A stretch of 64,000 nt of DNA, from NCBI GenBank assembly GCA_016764435.1, contig JAESRX010000064.1:25818-89817 (forward strand), written 5' to 3'. The translations under genes were made by a program, and so were the position numbers. Below the pieces are notes generated by a model. The model was not told the DNA's origin. It was given only the letters and a program-made list of their open reading frames with translations, and did no database searches. Of this stretch, positions 18,522-27,788 are shown piece after piece. This DNA comes from Flavobacteriaceae bacterium. Lineage in GTDB: Bacteria; Bacteroidota; Bacteroidia; Flavobacteriales; Flavobacteriaceae. Every line of letters begins with the position of its first letter. The stretch's first letter is position 1.

Positions 18522-19562
18522 ATGAAAAAAGTAGTAACATTTGGAGAAATCATGTTAAGGTTATCTCCACAAGGATTTTTAAGATTTTCTCAAGCCAACA
18601 ACTTTGATGTTGTCTATGGTGGAGGGGAATCGAATGTAGCAGTTTCATTAGCAAACTATGGAGTTCCTGTAGATTTCATTACACGTTTACCAAAAAATGA
18701 CATTGGAAGATGCGCTATGATGGAAATGAGAAAACAAGGTGTAAATGTAGATAAGATTATCTATGGAGGTGATCGTTTAGGGATTTACTTTTTAGAGACT
18801 GGAGCTGTTTCCAGAGGGTCAAAAGTAGTGTATGACCGTGCGCATTCTTCCATGGCAGAGATTCAACCAGGAATGATAGACTGGAAAGTCGCTTTTGAAG
18901 GCGTAGAATGGTTCCATTGGACAGGAATTACACCTGCCATTTCTCAAGGAGCAGCCACTGTATGTTTGGAGGCAGTAAAAGTAGCCAGTAGTATGGGAAT
19001 TACCATCTCTACTGACTTAAACTACCGTGCTAAGCTATGGAATTACGGAGGAGACCGTGAAGCTATCATGACGGAATTAACAGCATACTGTGATGTTATT
19101 TTAGGAAATGAAGAAGATGCAGAAAAGCACTTTAACATCAAGCCAGAAGGCTTGGATATTACCACACAAGGGCAGGAAGTAAAAGCCACTGCTTTTTTAT
19201 CAGTATGTAAACAAATGATGAAAAAATTCCCAAAAGCAAGCAAAGTAATTACTACACTTCGTGGTTCTATTTCTGCATCGCACAATACATGGGCAGGTGT
19301 TTTATACGATGGAACTAAAATGTTAGAGACACGTCAATATCAGATTACAGATATCGTGGATCGTGTAGGAGGAGGAGATTCCTTTATGGGAGGTTTAATT
19401 TACGGATTGCTAAAATATCCAGAAGACGACCAAAACGCCTTGGATTTTGCCGTAGCAGCCTCTTGTTTAAAACATACAATTAAAGGAGATGCCAATTTGG
19501 TAACTGTAGAAGAAGTAGAAAAATTAATGGGTGGCGATGCTTCAGGAAGAGTCGCTAGATAA
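18522..19562 (+). CDS. kdgK: 2-dehydro-3-deoxygluconokinase (PfkB family)
   Basis: N-terminus MKKVVTFGEIMLRLSP...YGGGESNVAVSLA and C-terminal PfkB motif VDRVGGGDSFMGGLIYG. Followed by eda. Confidence 0.9.
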   Translation: MKKVVTFGEIMLRLSPQGFLRFSQANNFDVVYGGGESNVAVSLANYGVPVDFITRLPKNDIGRCAMMEMRKQGVNVDKIIYGGDRLGIYFLETGAVSRGSKVVYDRAHSSMAEIQPGMIDWKVAFEGVEWFHWTGITPAISQGAATVCLEAVKVASSMGITISTDLNYRAKLWNYGGDREAIMTELTAYCDVILGNEEDAEKHFNIKPEGLDITTQGQEVKATAFLSVCKQMMKKFPKASKVITTLRGSISASHNTWAGVLYDGTKMLETRQYQITDIVDRVGGGDSFMGGLIYGLLKYPEDDQNALDFAVAASCLKHTIKGDANLVTVEEVEKLMGGDASGRVAR

Positions 19563-19571
19563 GATATAATT

Positions 19572-20240
19572 ATGGCACAATTTACACGTATAGAAGTTGC
19601 TACGGCAATGAAAGAAACAGGGATGATTCCTTTGTTTTTCAACACAGACATTGCCTTGAGCAAAAAAGTATTAAAAGCTTGTTACGACGGAGGAGCACGC
19701 TTGATGGAATTTACCGCTAGAGGTGATTTCGCACATGAAGTTTTTGGAGAGTTAACGAAGTACGCCATCGCTGAATTACCAGGGATGATTATGGGAGTTG
19801 GTTCTGTAACAGATGCAGGAGCCGCCTCTTTATACATGGCTTTAGGTGCTAACTTTATTGTCACTCCTGTATTGAGAGAAGACATTGCCATTGCGTGTAA
19901 CCGACGTAAAGTTTTATGGTCTCCTGGCTGTGGAACCTTAACAGAAATAACCAGAGCAGAAGAACTAGGCTGTGAAATCATCAAATTATTCCCTGGTGAT
20001 ATTTACGGACCTCAATTTGTAAAAGGAATTAAAGGACCGCAACCTTGGACGAGCATCATGCCTACAGGAGGTGTTTCCCCTACAGAGGAAAACTTAGCGG
20101 CATGGTTTAATGCAGGTGTGACTTGTGTTGGTATGGGATCTCAGTTAATTTCTAAGGAAATTATCGCCAATCAAGCGTATGCATTGTTGACGGAAAACGT
20201 TGCAAAAGCCTTAGAAATCATACAAAAAGTTAGAAAATAA
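19572..20240 (+). CDS. eda: KDPG / 4-hydroxy-2-oxoglutarate aldolase
   Basis: 222-aa class I aldolase with EFTARG, GVGSVTD, KLFPG and MPTGGV motifs. It starts 9 nt after kdgK. Confidence 0.9.
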   Translation: MAQFTRIEVATAMKETGMIPLFFNTDIALSKKVLKACYDGGARLMEFTARGDFAHEVFGELTKYAIAELPGMIMGVGSVTDAGAASLYMALGANFIVTPVLREDIAIACNRRKVLWSPGCGTLTEITRAEELGCEIIKLFPGDIYGPQFVKGIKGPQPWTSIMPTGGVSPTEENLAAWFNAGVTCVGMGSQLISKEIIANQAYALLTENVAKALEIIQKVRK

Positions 20241-20277
20241 TTAACCCATCGCTTTTAAAGCGATAAAAATAATTACA

Positions 20278-21606
20278 ATGAGTACATTAAACATGAGTAA
20301 ACCGGCAGGGAATTACAGGTACCGTATTCTTGCCATGCTATTTTTAGCGACGACCATTAATTATATGGACCGTAGTATCATGGGGATTTTAGGCCCCACA
20401 CTACAAGAAAAATTCAACTGGACCAATGCCGATTACGGGTATATAAACATGTCTTTTAAAGCTGCTTACGCCATTGGTATGATTACCATGGGGAGTATTA
20501 TAGATAGGTTCGGGACACGGTTTGGATACACTTTATCTATCATTATCTGGTCCATCTTTGGAATGTTACATGCCGCGGTTAGACCTGCATTTGCATTCAT
20601 CGGATTTATGGCCGCACGTTTTGGTCTTGGATTTGGAGAGGCAGGAAATTTCCCCGCAGCTGTAAAAACAGTGGCCGAATGGTTTCCAAAAAAGGACCGT
20701 GCTTTTGCAACAGGAATTTTTAACGCAGGATCTAATATTGGAGCTGTTTTAGCACCTCTTATTGTTCCCTTAGTGGTTTCTAGTAATGGAGACAACTGGC
20801 AATTTGCCTTTTTAGTTACAGGATCTTTTAGTATGATTTGGGTTATATTTTGGTTGAAAATGTACCGAAAACCAGAACTACATCCAAAAGTAACTCCAGA
20901 AGAATTGGCCTATATTAATCATGATTGTCAACCACAGGAACCTGTGGCAAAACAAGAGAGATTGTCTTGGTCTAAAGTACTTCCATTACGTCAAACATGG
21001 GCATTTGCCATTGGAAAAATCACCGATGCCGTTTGGTTTTTCTTTATGTTTTGGAGTGGAATCTTTTTCAAACAACAGTTCGGATTAGACAGCATGAAAG
21101 AACTTGGGGGAGCCTTAGTCGTTATTTATGTAGTGGCGGATGTAGGAAGTATTGGTGGTGGATATTTATCAAAAATATTTATAGATAAAGGATGGAGCTT
21201 GAATGCTGCACGTAAAATATCATTACTAATTTGTGCTTTATGTATTGCCCCAGTTTCATTAGCCGCCTTAACAGATAATGTATGGATCGCTGTTGGATTA
21301 ATAGCCCTTGCTTCTGGTGGTCACCAAGCTTGGTCTGCTAATTTATTCACCCTAGTATCAGACGTTATGCCTAAAAAAGCCATTGCATCTGTAGTAGGAA
21401 TTGGAGGAATGGTAGGAGCTATTGCTGGTATGGTAGTCGATTATGTATTGGGTAACGGACTAGACGCTAGTGGAAATTCATTCTACTTTTGGATGTTCTT
21501 AGTTGCGGGACTTTTATACTTTGTCATTCTACTAATCATCCATCTATTATTACCAAACCTTGAAGGTGTAGATGAAAACTTAGAACCAATTACCGAAATT
21601 AAATAA
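20278..21606 (+). CDS. MFS transporter, hexuronate/KDG (ExuT-like) type
   Basis: 12-TM MFS protein with YRYRILAMLFLATTINYMDR and the GLGFGEAGNFPA motif of ExuT-type transporters, in a kdgK/eda operon context. Confidence 0.85.
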   Translation: MSTLNMSKPAGNYRYRILAMLFLATTINYMDRSIMGILGPTLQEKFNWTNADYGYINMSFKAAYAIGMITMGSIIDRFGTRFGYTLSIIIWSIFGMLHAAVRPAFAFIGFMAARFGLGFGEAGNFPAAVKTVAEWFPKKDRAFATGIFNAGSNIGAVLAPLIVPLVVSSNGDNWQFAFLVTGSFSMIWVIFWLKMYRKPELHPKVTPEELAYINHDCQPQEPVAKQERLSWSKVLPLRQTWAFAIGKITDAVWFFFMFWSGIFFKQQFGLDSMKELGGALVVIYVVADVGSIGGGYLSKIFIDKGWSLNAARKISLLICALCIAPVSLAALTDNVWIAVGLIALASGGHQAWSANLFTLVSDVMPKKAIASVVGIGGMVGAIAGMVVDYVLGNGLDASGNSFYFWMFLVAGLLYFVILLIIHLLLPNLEGVDENLEPITEIK

Positions 21607-21625
21607 ATAAACCTAAATTGCAAGT

Positions 21626-21662
21626 CACCTGGAAATCCCGTATTTCTAGGTGGCTTTTTTTT
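21626..21662 (+). terminator. Rho-independent terminator after the kdgK-eda-MFS operon
   Basis: cacctggaaat / atttctaggtg stem (11 bp, one mismatch), 5-nt loop, then gc plus T8. Confidence 0.7.
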
Positions 21663-21685
21663 CATGATTATACCATATTACCCTT

Positions 21686-22321
21686 ATGAAAACATATAAA
21701 GTACATCAGATAGACACTCTTTCAACTAGCTTTGTGGATGATCACTTATGGGAACAAGCTCCTAAAATGACAGATTTTTGTTCTCCATGGAATGAGGCCC
21801 CTGTAGATGAAATAACATTTAAAGCCCTGTGGAGTGACGAGTACTTATTCCTGAAATTTCACGTAGAAGATTCGCAAGTTCACCTCAATACTAGTGAGAG
21901 CAACCGCTGCACAGAAACCATTGGAGAATCAGATAGAGTGGAATTATTTTTCAGAACCAATGATCAACTGAATCCTTACTATTGTTTGGAAATTGACCCG
22001 AGTGTAAGAGTGATGGATTTTAAAGCGACCCCAGAAAAAAACTTTGATTTTGATTGGCAATGGCCTTCCGGAGAGCTACAGGTAAAATCCCTTATTAACA
22101 GCACTTATTTTACCGTAGAAATTAGACTTAGTTTAAAATCCTTGAAGGACTTAAATTTATTAAAAAATACCGTGATTGAAACGGGTATCTACCGTGCAAA
22201 GTATAACAAACAAGCCGATGGCAGTTTTGAACCTACTTGGATTTCATGGGTAAACCCACAGACAGCAACACCTAATTTCCATATTGCAAGTTCTTATGGA
22301 AAACTAGAATTCGTGAAATAA
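21686..22321 (+). CDS. CBM9-like / DOMON-like carbohydrate-binding protein
   Basis: 211 aa with no signal peptide. DRVELFF, YYCLEIDP, YRAKYN and NFHIASSYGKLEF resemble CBM9-like sugar-binding domain proteins. Confidence 0.55.
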   Translation: MKTYKVHQIDTLSTSFVDDHLWEQAPKMTDFCSPWNEAPVDEITFKALWSDEYLFLKFHVEDSQVHLNTSESNRCTETIGESDRVELFFRTNDQLNPYYCLEIDPSVRVMDFKATPEKNFDFDWQWPSGELQVKSLINSTYFTVEIRLSLKSLKDLNLLKNTVIETGIYRAKYNKQADGSFEPTWISWVNPQTATPNFHIASSYGKLEFVK

Positions 22322-23368
22322 TTAGATTAAATAACCATCTACACTTTCGGCATTTACGATCACTATCGGCAATAAAACTTCCGAAGGAATGGGCTTATCG
22401 AACAAGAAAAATTCGGCTAAATAATTCAAGGCTAATGTGACTTGTTCTTTTGGCTTTTGGTTAATTAAAAATTGAACCCCCCCATTTTTTAAATAGTGGA
22501 CATTTTTATCGACCAAGTCATAACCCACAATTAATTGCTTTTGTGCGCTGTCTTTAATAGCATCTGCTACTAAATGTGATTTTGAAATGGTCACAAACAT
22601 CGCTTCTAAGTTCTTGTTTTTATCCAAAAACTCAAGCAAGGTAGATTTAAATTTCAAAGGGTCTTTATGTGAGATACTCAAGGTTGAAATCTGATAATCA
22701 TCAGAATCTAAGGCTGAAAAATAATTACGAAACCCTTTTTCTTTTTCTTGTAAATGGGTCGCATTTCTAGATTCTTCATCAATATGAATAATACCAATAT
22801 GTCCTCTCTTAAGCAACATATGGACTAAATTAGCCGCTACTCTCCCACTCTTATACAAGTCCTGTCCTATAAAATTATGCACATAATCCGAGGCAATAAA
22901 ATTGTTGAAAATAGACACTTTTATACCCGCATCATAACATTCCTTTACGATTATATGGGCTTCCTTTGCAAAAATAGGCACCGTTAAAATGGCATCTGGT
23001 TGATGGACGATCATTCCTCTGGCGGTTTCTAAAAAAGAAACTGTACTCCCTGGGTCAAAAAAATAGTTCTCTACTTTAATTCCAAATCCTTTATAGGCAT
23101 CTTCAAACTCTTGAATGGCGTCTTTACACGGCAACCAAAAGGAATCTTTCCCCGCATTAGGAATCAATACAAACAGCTTAAAAATTTTATTAATTCGTAA
23201 GTTTTTGGCCATAGGATTTGGCTGATAATCAATTTCGTCTAACACTTTATTGACCTTCACCAATGCCGTTTCAGAAACTTTACCCCGTTTATGCAATACT
23301 CTATCCACAGTACCTTTAGATACTCCAGCCAAAGCAGCAATGTCCTTTATTGTATATTTTTTATCCAT
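22322..23368 (-). CDS. LacI family transcriptional regulator
   Basis: N-terminal HTH YTIKDIAALAGVSKGTVDRVLHKRGKVS plus a periplasmic-binding-protein-like core. Its stop abuts the stop of the convergent gene with 0 nt between them (22321/22322). Confidence 0.9.
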   Translation of the reverse strand: MDKKYTIKDIAALAGVSKGTVDRVLHKRGKVSETALVKVNKVLDEIDYQPNPMAKNLRINKIFKLFVLIPNAGKDSFWLPCKDAIQEFEDAYKGFGIKVENYFFDPGSTVSFLETARGMIVHQPDAILTVPIFAKEAHIIVKECYDAGIKVSIFNNFIASDYVHNFIGQDLYKSGRVAANLVHMLLKRGHIGIIHIDEESRNATHLQEKEKGFRNYFSALDSDDYQISTLSISHKDPLKFKSTLLEFLDKNKNLEAMFVTISKSHLVADAIKDSAQKQLIVGYDLVDKNVHYLKNGGVQFLINQKPKEQVTLALNYLAEFFLFDKPIPSEVLLPIVIVNAESVDGYLI

Positions 23369-24241
23369 TAATCAGTCTAACGATCTTCTATCCGCCCTAA
23401 AATATGGGCGCATATTCGAATTGTCAAATTTAAACTTTTATTTATTGTTGTACAATGTCAATTATCAACATTTAAATTACTCAAAATTACGACTACGACA
23501 AAATTACAAAGACTTACCAAACAGGCAGTTAAAAAACACTACTTGACGATGCCTAGATTTTTAAGTTTACTTCTTCCATAAAACACGTAACTTTTTCATG
23601 AAAAAGGTAGTTATAAAGGCAGGTGCCTTCGGTTTTGGATACAAACCATCTTCTCCGAATACCTCTTTTTTTTCATAGCAAATACCTTTTGAATATTCGA
23701 AAAATCAACAAAATTATCCTTCCCCGTTTTTAAAAAAGACTGCATTAAAGAGCCTTGTATCTGTAGCGTTTCTTTTTTTTTCTTAACAATGTATCAGCTT
23801 CCAATGTAAGCAAAATACTCCCAATAAAAAAAACTACGTTTTTAAAAATTCAAAATTACACACAGCAATGAATAGCCTTTGAATACCATGGCATAAGTAC
23901 AACTATTTCTCCCTGTTGAATCACAAGGTCATTCCGCCCAAATCATACGGTAATAATTGTCGTATCATAAAGAGCTGACGGCGCTGATAACTCCTAGCTA
24001 AACCGCTACACAAACCCGCAACTAGTTCCCCCATGTATTCCGAAATTACACTTAGAATAATCAGGACTACCTTCTATTAAATATTAATCGATAAAAAATA
24101 AATTAAGGAAATCTTCCCAAACTCCCTTTTCAACATCATTTTTCCCTCTAATAAGTCAATCTCCAAAATAAATAATTTCTCGCATTAAAAAAATCACTAA
24201 TTTACAGGATCAAATAGCTCCTTTTACAGGACAATCACAGG

Positions 24242-24306
24242 TTAGTGTGTTCGAAAACACTAATTAGTGTGCTCGAGAACACTTTTTACGTGTGTTCGAG
24301 CACATT
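24242..24306. promoter_or_regulatory. Array of three imperfect palindromic operators (consensus TGTGYTCGARCACA)
   Basis: AGTGTGTTCGAAAACACT (24244-24261), AGTGTGCTCGAGAACACT (24266-24283) and CGTGTGTTCGAGCACATT (24289-24306). Each is centred on CG, with centre-to-centre spacing of 22 and 23 bp. The array ends about 107 nt upstream of the ATG at 24413. Confidence 0.6.
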
Positions 24307-24412
24307 TTCGTAGAAAAGCTTTTGTAAATCCAATTATCATCTTTAATTTAGCGCTACCAAGTTGGGACAACTAACGACTGCCTCTACTCTAACAAACCAC
24401 AACCAATTAAAA

Positions 24413-25321
24413 ATGAACACTATAAAACCAACCCTAGTCATCTTAGCAGCCGGTATCGGAAGCAGGTATGGAGGCTTAAAACAATTAGATAGTTTTACTC
24501 CTGAAGGAGACACTATTTTAGACTTTTCTATCTACGATGCTTTACAAGCAGGATTCGGGAAATTTGTATTTATTATCCGTAAAAATATTGAGGCAGAATT
24601 TAAAGCTGTTTTTGATAAAAAGCTATTAGGAAAAGCGGAAGTTGCGTACGTTTTCCAAGAAACCGAAAATATTCCTGAAAAGTTTAAGCCTAGTAAAAGG
24701 GAAAAACCTTGGGGAACTGGACATGCTATGTTGATGGCAAAAGAAGTGGTAAAGGAGAATTTCGCCATTATAAATGCCGATGATTTTTACGGAAGAGAAG
24801 CCTTTGATATTATGGCCAAATCACTGTTAGAAATCCCTCAAGATTCTACAGAATTTAACATGATTTCCTACCAATTGAAAAACACTATTTCTGAGCATGG
24901 TTTTGTCTCACGTGGAGAATGTGTTGTCAACGAAGAAGGCTATTTGACCGGTGTTACAGAACGTACTCATATTGAAAAAATTGATTCTAAATTAGTTCGC
25001 AAGGACGCTAAAGGAAATCTTGTTCCTATCGATGAAAACACTATTGTTTCCATGAACTTCTGGGGATTCACCTACAAATGCTTTGACTATGCGACACGCC
25101 TATTTGAAGATTTTTTAGAAGAACATAAAGAAGATCAAAAAGCAGAGTTCTTTATTCCTTTAATTGTAAACGGAATGATTCAAGATAAAAAAGCAAGCGT
25201 ACAAGTACTTCAGTCCAGCTCTTTATGGTTTGGGGTGACTTATAAAGAAGACAAAGCCGTAGTACAATCGGCAATTGAGACGCTTAAAAACCATAAAATT
25301 TACCCAATAAATCTTTGGTAA
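24413..25321 (+). CDS. Sugar-1-phosphate nucleotidyltransferase family protein
   Basis: N-terminal LVILAAGIGSRYGGLKQLD (G-x-G-x-R ... K pyrophosphorylase loop) and FAIINADDFYG. The ATG at 24413 is preferred over the TTG at 24362. Confidence 0.8.
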   Translation: MNTIKPTLVILAAGIGSRYGGLKQLDSFTPEGDTILDFSIYDALQAGFGKFVFIIRKNIEAEFKAVFDKKLLGKAEVAYVFQETENIPEKFKPSKREKPWGTGHAMLMAKEVVKENFAIINADDFYGREAFDIMAKSLLEIPQDSTEFNMISYQLKNTISEHGFVSRGECVVNEEGYLTGVTERTHIEKIDSKLVRKDAKGNLVPIDENTIVSMNFWGFTYKCFDYATRLFEDFLEEHKEDQKAEFFIPLIVNGMIQDKKASVQVLQSSSLWFGVTYKEDKAVVQSAIETLKNHKIYPINLW

Positions 25322-25322
25322 T

Positions 25323-26414
25323 ATGATACTAGACCACTTAAAATCAATCTTCCGTAACTTTGACACTACAGACGCACTAGCTTCTTATAAAGAACTGGCT
25401 TCTGGTCATATTAACGACACCTATTTAATAAAAACTGAACAAGGAACTTCTTATATATTACAACGTATCAACCACGGTGTTTTTAAAGATGTACCGGGTT
25501 TGATTTCTAATAAAACGTATGTAAGTCAGCATTTATTAAAAAAAATGAGTCACTTACCAGCGGCGGAGCTTAAACGTCGTGTCTTGTCATTTATCCCCGC
25601 AACTACGGGACTTTATTATCATTTAGATGCCGATAAAAACTACTGGAATGTCATGGTTTTCATACACGACAGTATTACTTATGAAGCTGTGACCGATGAA
25701 AATGTAGCCTACGAAGGTGGGAAGTTAATTGGTAATTTTTTAAACCTCACGGACGATTTTGACGCTACTGTTTTAATCGATGTGATTCCTAAGTTTCACG
25801 ACATGTCTTTCCGTTTTGAGCAATTTAACGAAGCCTTACAACAGGCCTCCAAAGAACGATTGGCTCAAGCACAAATTTATATAGATACAGTAGATGCATT
25901 GAAAGAAGAAATGCACATTATCCAATATTTAAAAGAAGCTGGTAAGATAAAAACACGTGTAACGCATAACGACACTAAAATTTCTAACATTCTTTTTGAC
26001 CAAGAAAACAAAGGATTGTGTGTCATTGACACGGATACAGTAATGCCAGGAATCGTGCATTACGATTTTGGAGATGCCATCAGAACTATCTGTAACACCG
26101 CCAGTGAGGACGAACAGAATTTAGACTTGGTGCACTTTAACATCTCTTATTATAAAGCCTACGTAAAAGGATTTTTAGGCGAAACCAAAGACGCCTTATC
26201 TCAAACAGAAATAGACCATTTACCATTGGGCGCAAAAACCATGATTTTTATTATGGCCTTACGTTTCCTAACGGACTTCTTAAATGATGATATGTACTAC
26301 AAAACAACGTACGCCATGCACAATTTAGACCGTGCAAAAAATCAATTTAAATTAATAGAAAGTTTAACCCAACAGTATGATGCTATGACGATAACTCCGT
26401 CTATGGTAAACTAA
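25323..26414 (+). CDS. APH-fold phosphotransferase, probable anomeric (N-acetyl)hexosamine kinase
   Basis: Kinase catalytic loop HNDTKISNILF and metal-binding VIDTDTV. It starts 1 nt after the nucleotidyltransferase stop. Size and motif layout resemble NahK/AmgK-type kinases. Confidence 0.7.
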   Translation: MILDHLKSIFRNFDTTDALASYKELASGHINDTYLIKTEQGTSYILQRINHGVFKDVPGLISNKTYVSQHLLKKMSHLPAAELKRRVLSFIPATTGLYYHLDADKNYWNVMVFIHDSITYEAVTDENVAYEGGKLIGNFLNLTDDFDATVLIDVIPKFHDMSFRFEQFNEALQQASKERLAQAQIYIDTVDALKEEMHIIQYLKEAGKIKTRVTHNDTKISNILFDQENKGLCVIDTDTVMPGIVHYDFGDAIRTICNTASEDEQNLDLVHFNISYYKAYVKGFLGETKDALSQTEIDHLPLGAKTMIFIMALRFLTDFLNDDMYYKTTYAMHNLDRAKNQFKLIESLTQQYDAMTITPSMVN

Positions 26415-26427
26415 TAAACACCTTATT

Positions 26428-27762
26428 ATGTCAACAAAAACCAATACACAAACAGGCAAGGAAAGTACGCTTGTGCCTATCCTTATTATTGCCGGATTAT
26501 TTTCGATTTTTGGATTTATAACTTGGATAAATGGAGCATTAATTCCGTTTATGAAAACCATTAACGAATTAACAGAAACTCAATCTTATTTAGTGGCATC
26601 AGCCTCTTATATTTCCTTCGTTGTAATGGCGCTTCCTGCCTCTTATATTTTAGGGAAATTAGGATATAAAAAAGGGATGTCTTTAGGTTTATTTATTATG
26701 GCCATTGGTGCCTTAGTATTTATTCCAGCGGCTGAATCTAGAACTTACTGGTTATTTTTAACAGGTATTTTTATCCAAGGAGTAGGAATGACTATTTTAC
26801 AAACTGCCGCGAACCCATACATCACCATTTTAGGGCCAATGAAAAGCGCAGCAAAACGTATTGCCCTTATGGGAATTGCCAATAAAGTGGCAGGAGCCTT
26901 AGGATCATTAGTATTTGGAGCTTTATTATTATCTGGTATTGACGAGGTTAAAGAGAAGTTAGCCCATGTAACAGAATTAGAAAAACAAGCAATGTTAACC
27001 GAAATGGCTGACAGTGTGTATATTCCTTATATAGTAATGGCAGCAGTACTAGTTGTATTTGCCTTATTAATTAGAAAAGCACCATTACCTGATGTAGAAG
27101 CAGCACCAATAGAGGATGATGGAACAGGAAATGTAACCAGTAAGAGTATCTTTCAATTCCCACATTTATGGTTGGGTGTATTGACTTTATTTGTATATGT
27201 TGGAGCAGAAGTAATTGCAGGAGATACCATCATCGCCTACGGAATTTCCTTAGGGTTTACCGCAGAGGATGCCAAGTTCTTTACCACGTTTACTTTAATG
27301 GCAATGGTTGCTACTTATGGTTTAGGAGTTTTCTTAATTCCTAAATACATTCAACAAAAAACAGCCTTACAAATAAGTGCATTACTAGGAATTATATTTA
27401 GTGTATGTATCCTATTAACCACAGGATTTACCTCTGTTATGTTTGTAGCTGCTTTAGGTATTGCCAACGCATTGGTATGGCCAGCAATTTGGCCCTTGAC
27501 ATTAGAAGGTCTTGGAAAACACACAAAAACAGCCTCTGCCCTATTGGTAATGTCTATTTCTGGGGGAGCAATTATCCCTTTATTGTATGGAAGCTTGGTA
27601 GATTCCGGAAAAAAAGAACTCCTAGCTTCTGGAATTACTGATACAGACGCTATAGCAGCGGTTGCCACCAGTAGTTACTGGATTTTAATCCCTTGTTATG
27701 CACTGATCCTTTTCTTTGCTTTATCGGGACATAAAATCACAAGCTGGACTAGAAAAAAATAA
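26428..27762 (+). CDS. MFS sugar permease (FucP/GluP/NagP type)
   Basis: 12-TM protein with the N-terminal ...FGFITWINGALIPFMK motif typical of the glucose/galactose/fucose:H+ symporter family. Confidence 0.85.
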   Translation: MSTKTNTQTGKESTLVPILIIAGLFSIFGFITWINGALIPFMKTINELTETQSYLVASASYISFVVMALPASYILGKLGYKKGMSLGLFIMAIGALVFIPAAESRTYWLFLTGIFIQGVGMTILQTAANPYITILGPMKSAAKRIALMGIANKVAGALGSLVFGALLLSGIDEVKEKLAHVTELEKQAMLTEMADSVYIPYIVMAAVLVVFALLIRKAPLPDVEAAPIEDDGTGNVTSKSIFQFPHLWLGVLTLFVYVGAEVIAGDTIIAYGISLGFTAEDAKFFTTFTLMAMVATYGLGVFLIPKYIQQKTALQISALLGIIFSVCILLTTGFTSVMFVAALGIANALVWPAIWPLTLEGLGKHTKTASALLVMSISGGAIIPLLYGSLVDSGKKELLASGITDTDAIAAVATSSYWILIPCYALILFFALSGHKITSWTRKK

Positions 27763-27788
27763 TAAACGACTAACTAAAACATACTGTC

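Noticed and set aside
23250-23546. Track ORF of 98 aa on the plus strand
   Set aside because: It overlaps the 5-prime end of the LacI gene antisense and continues into low-complexity AT-rich spacer. No motif is present, so it is treated as spurious.
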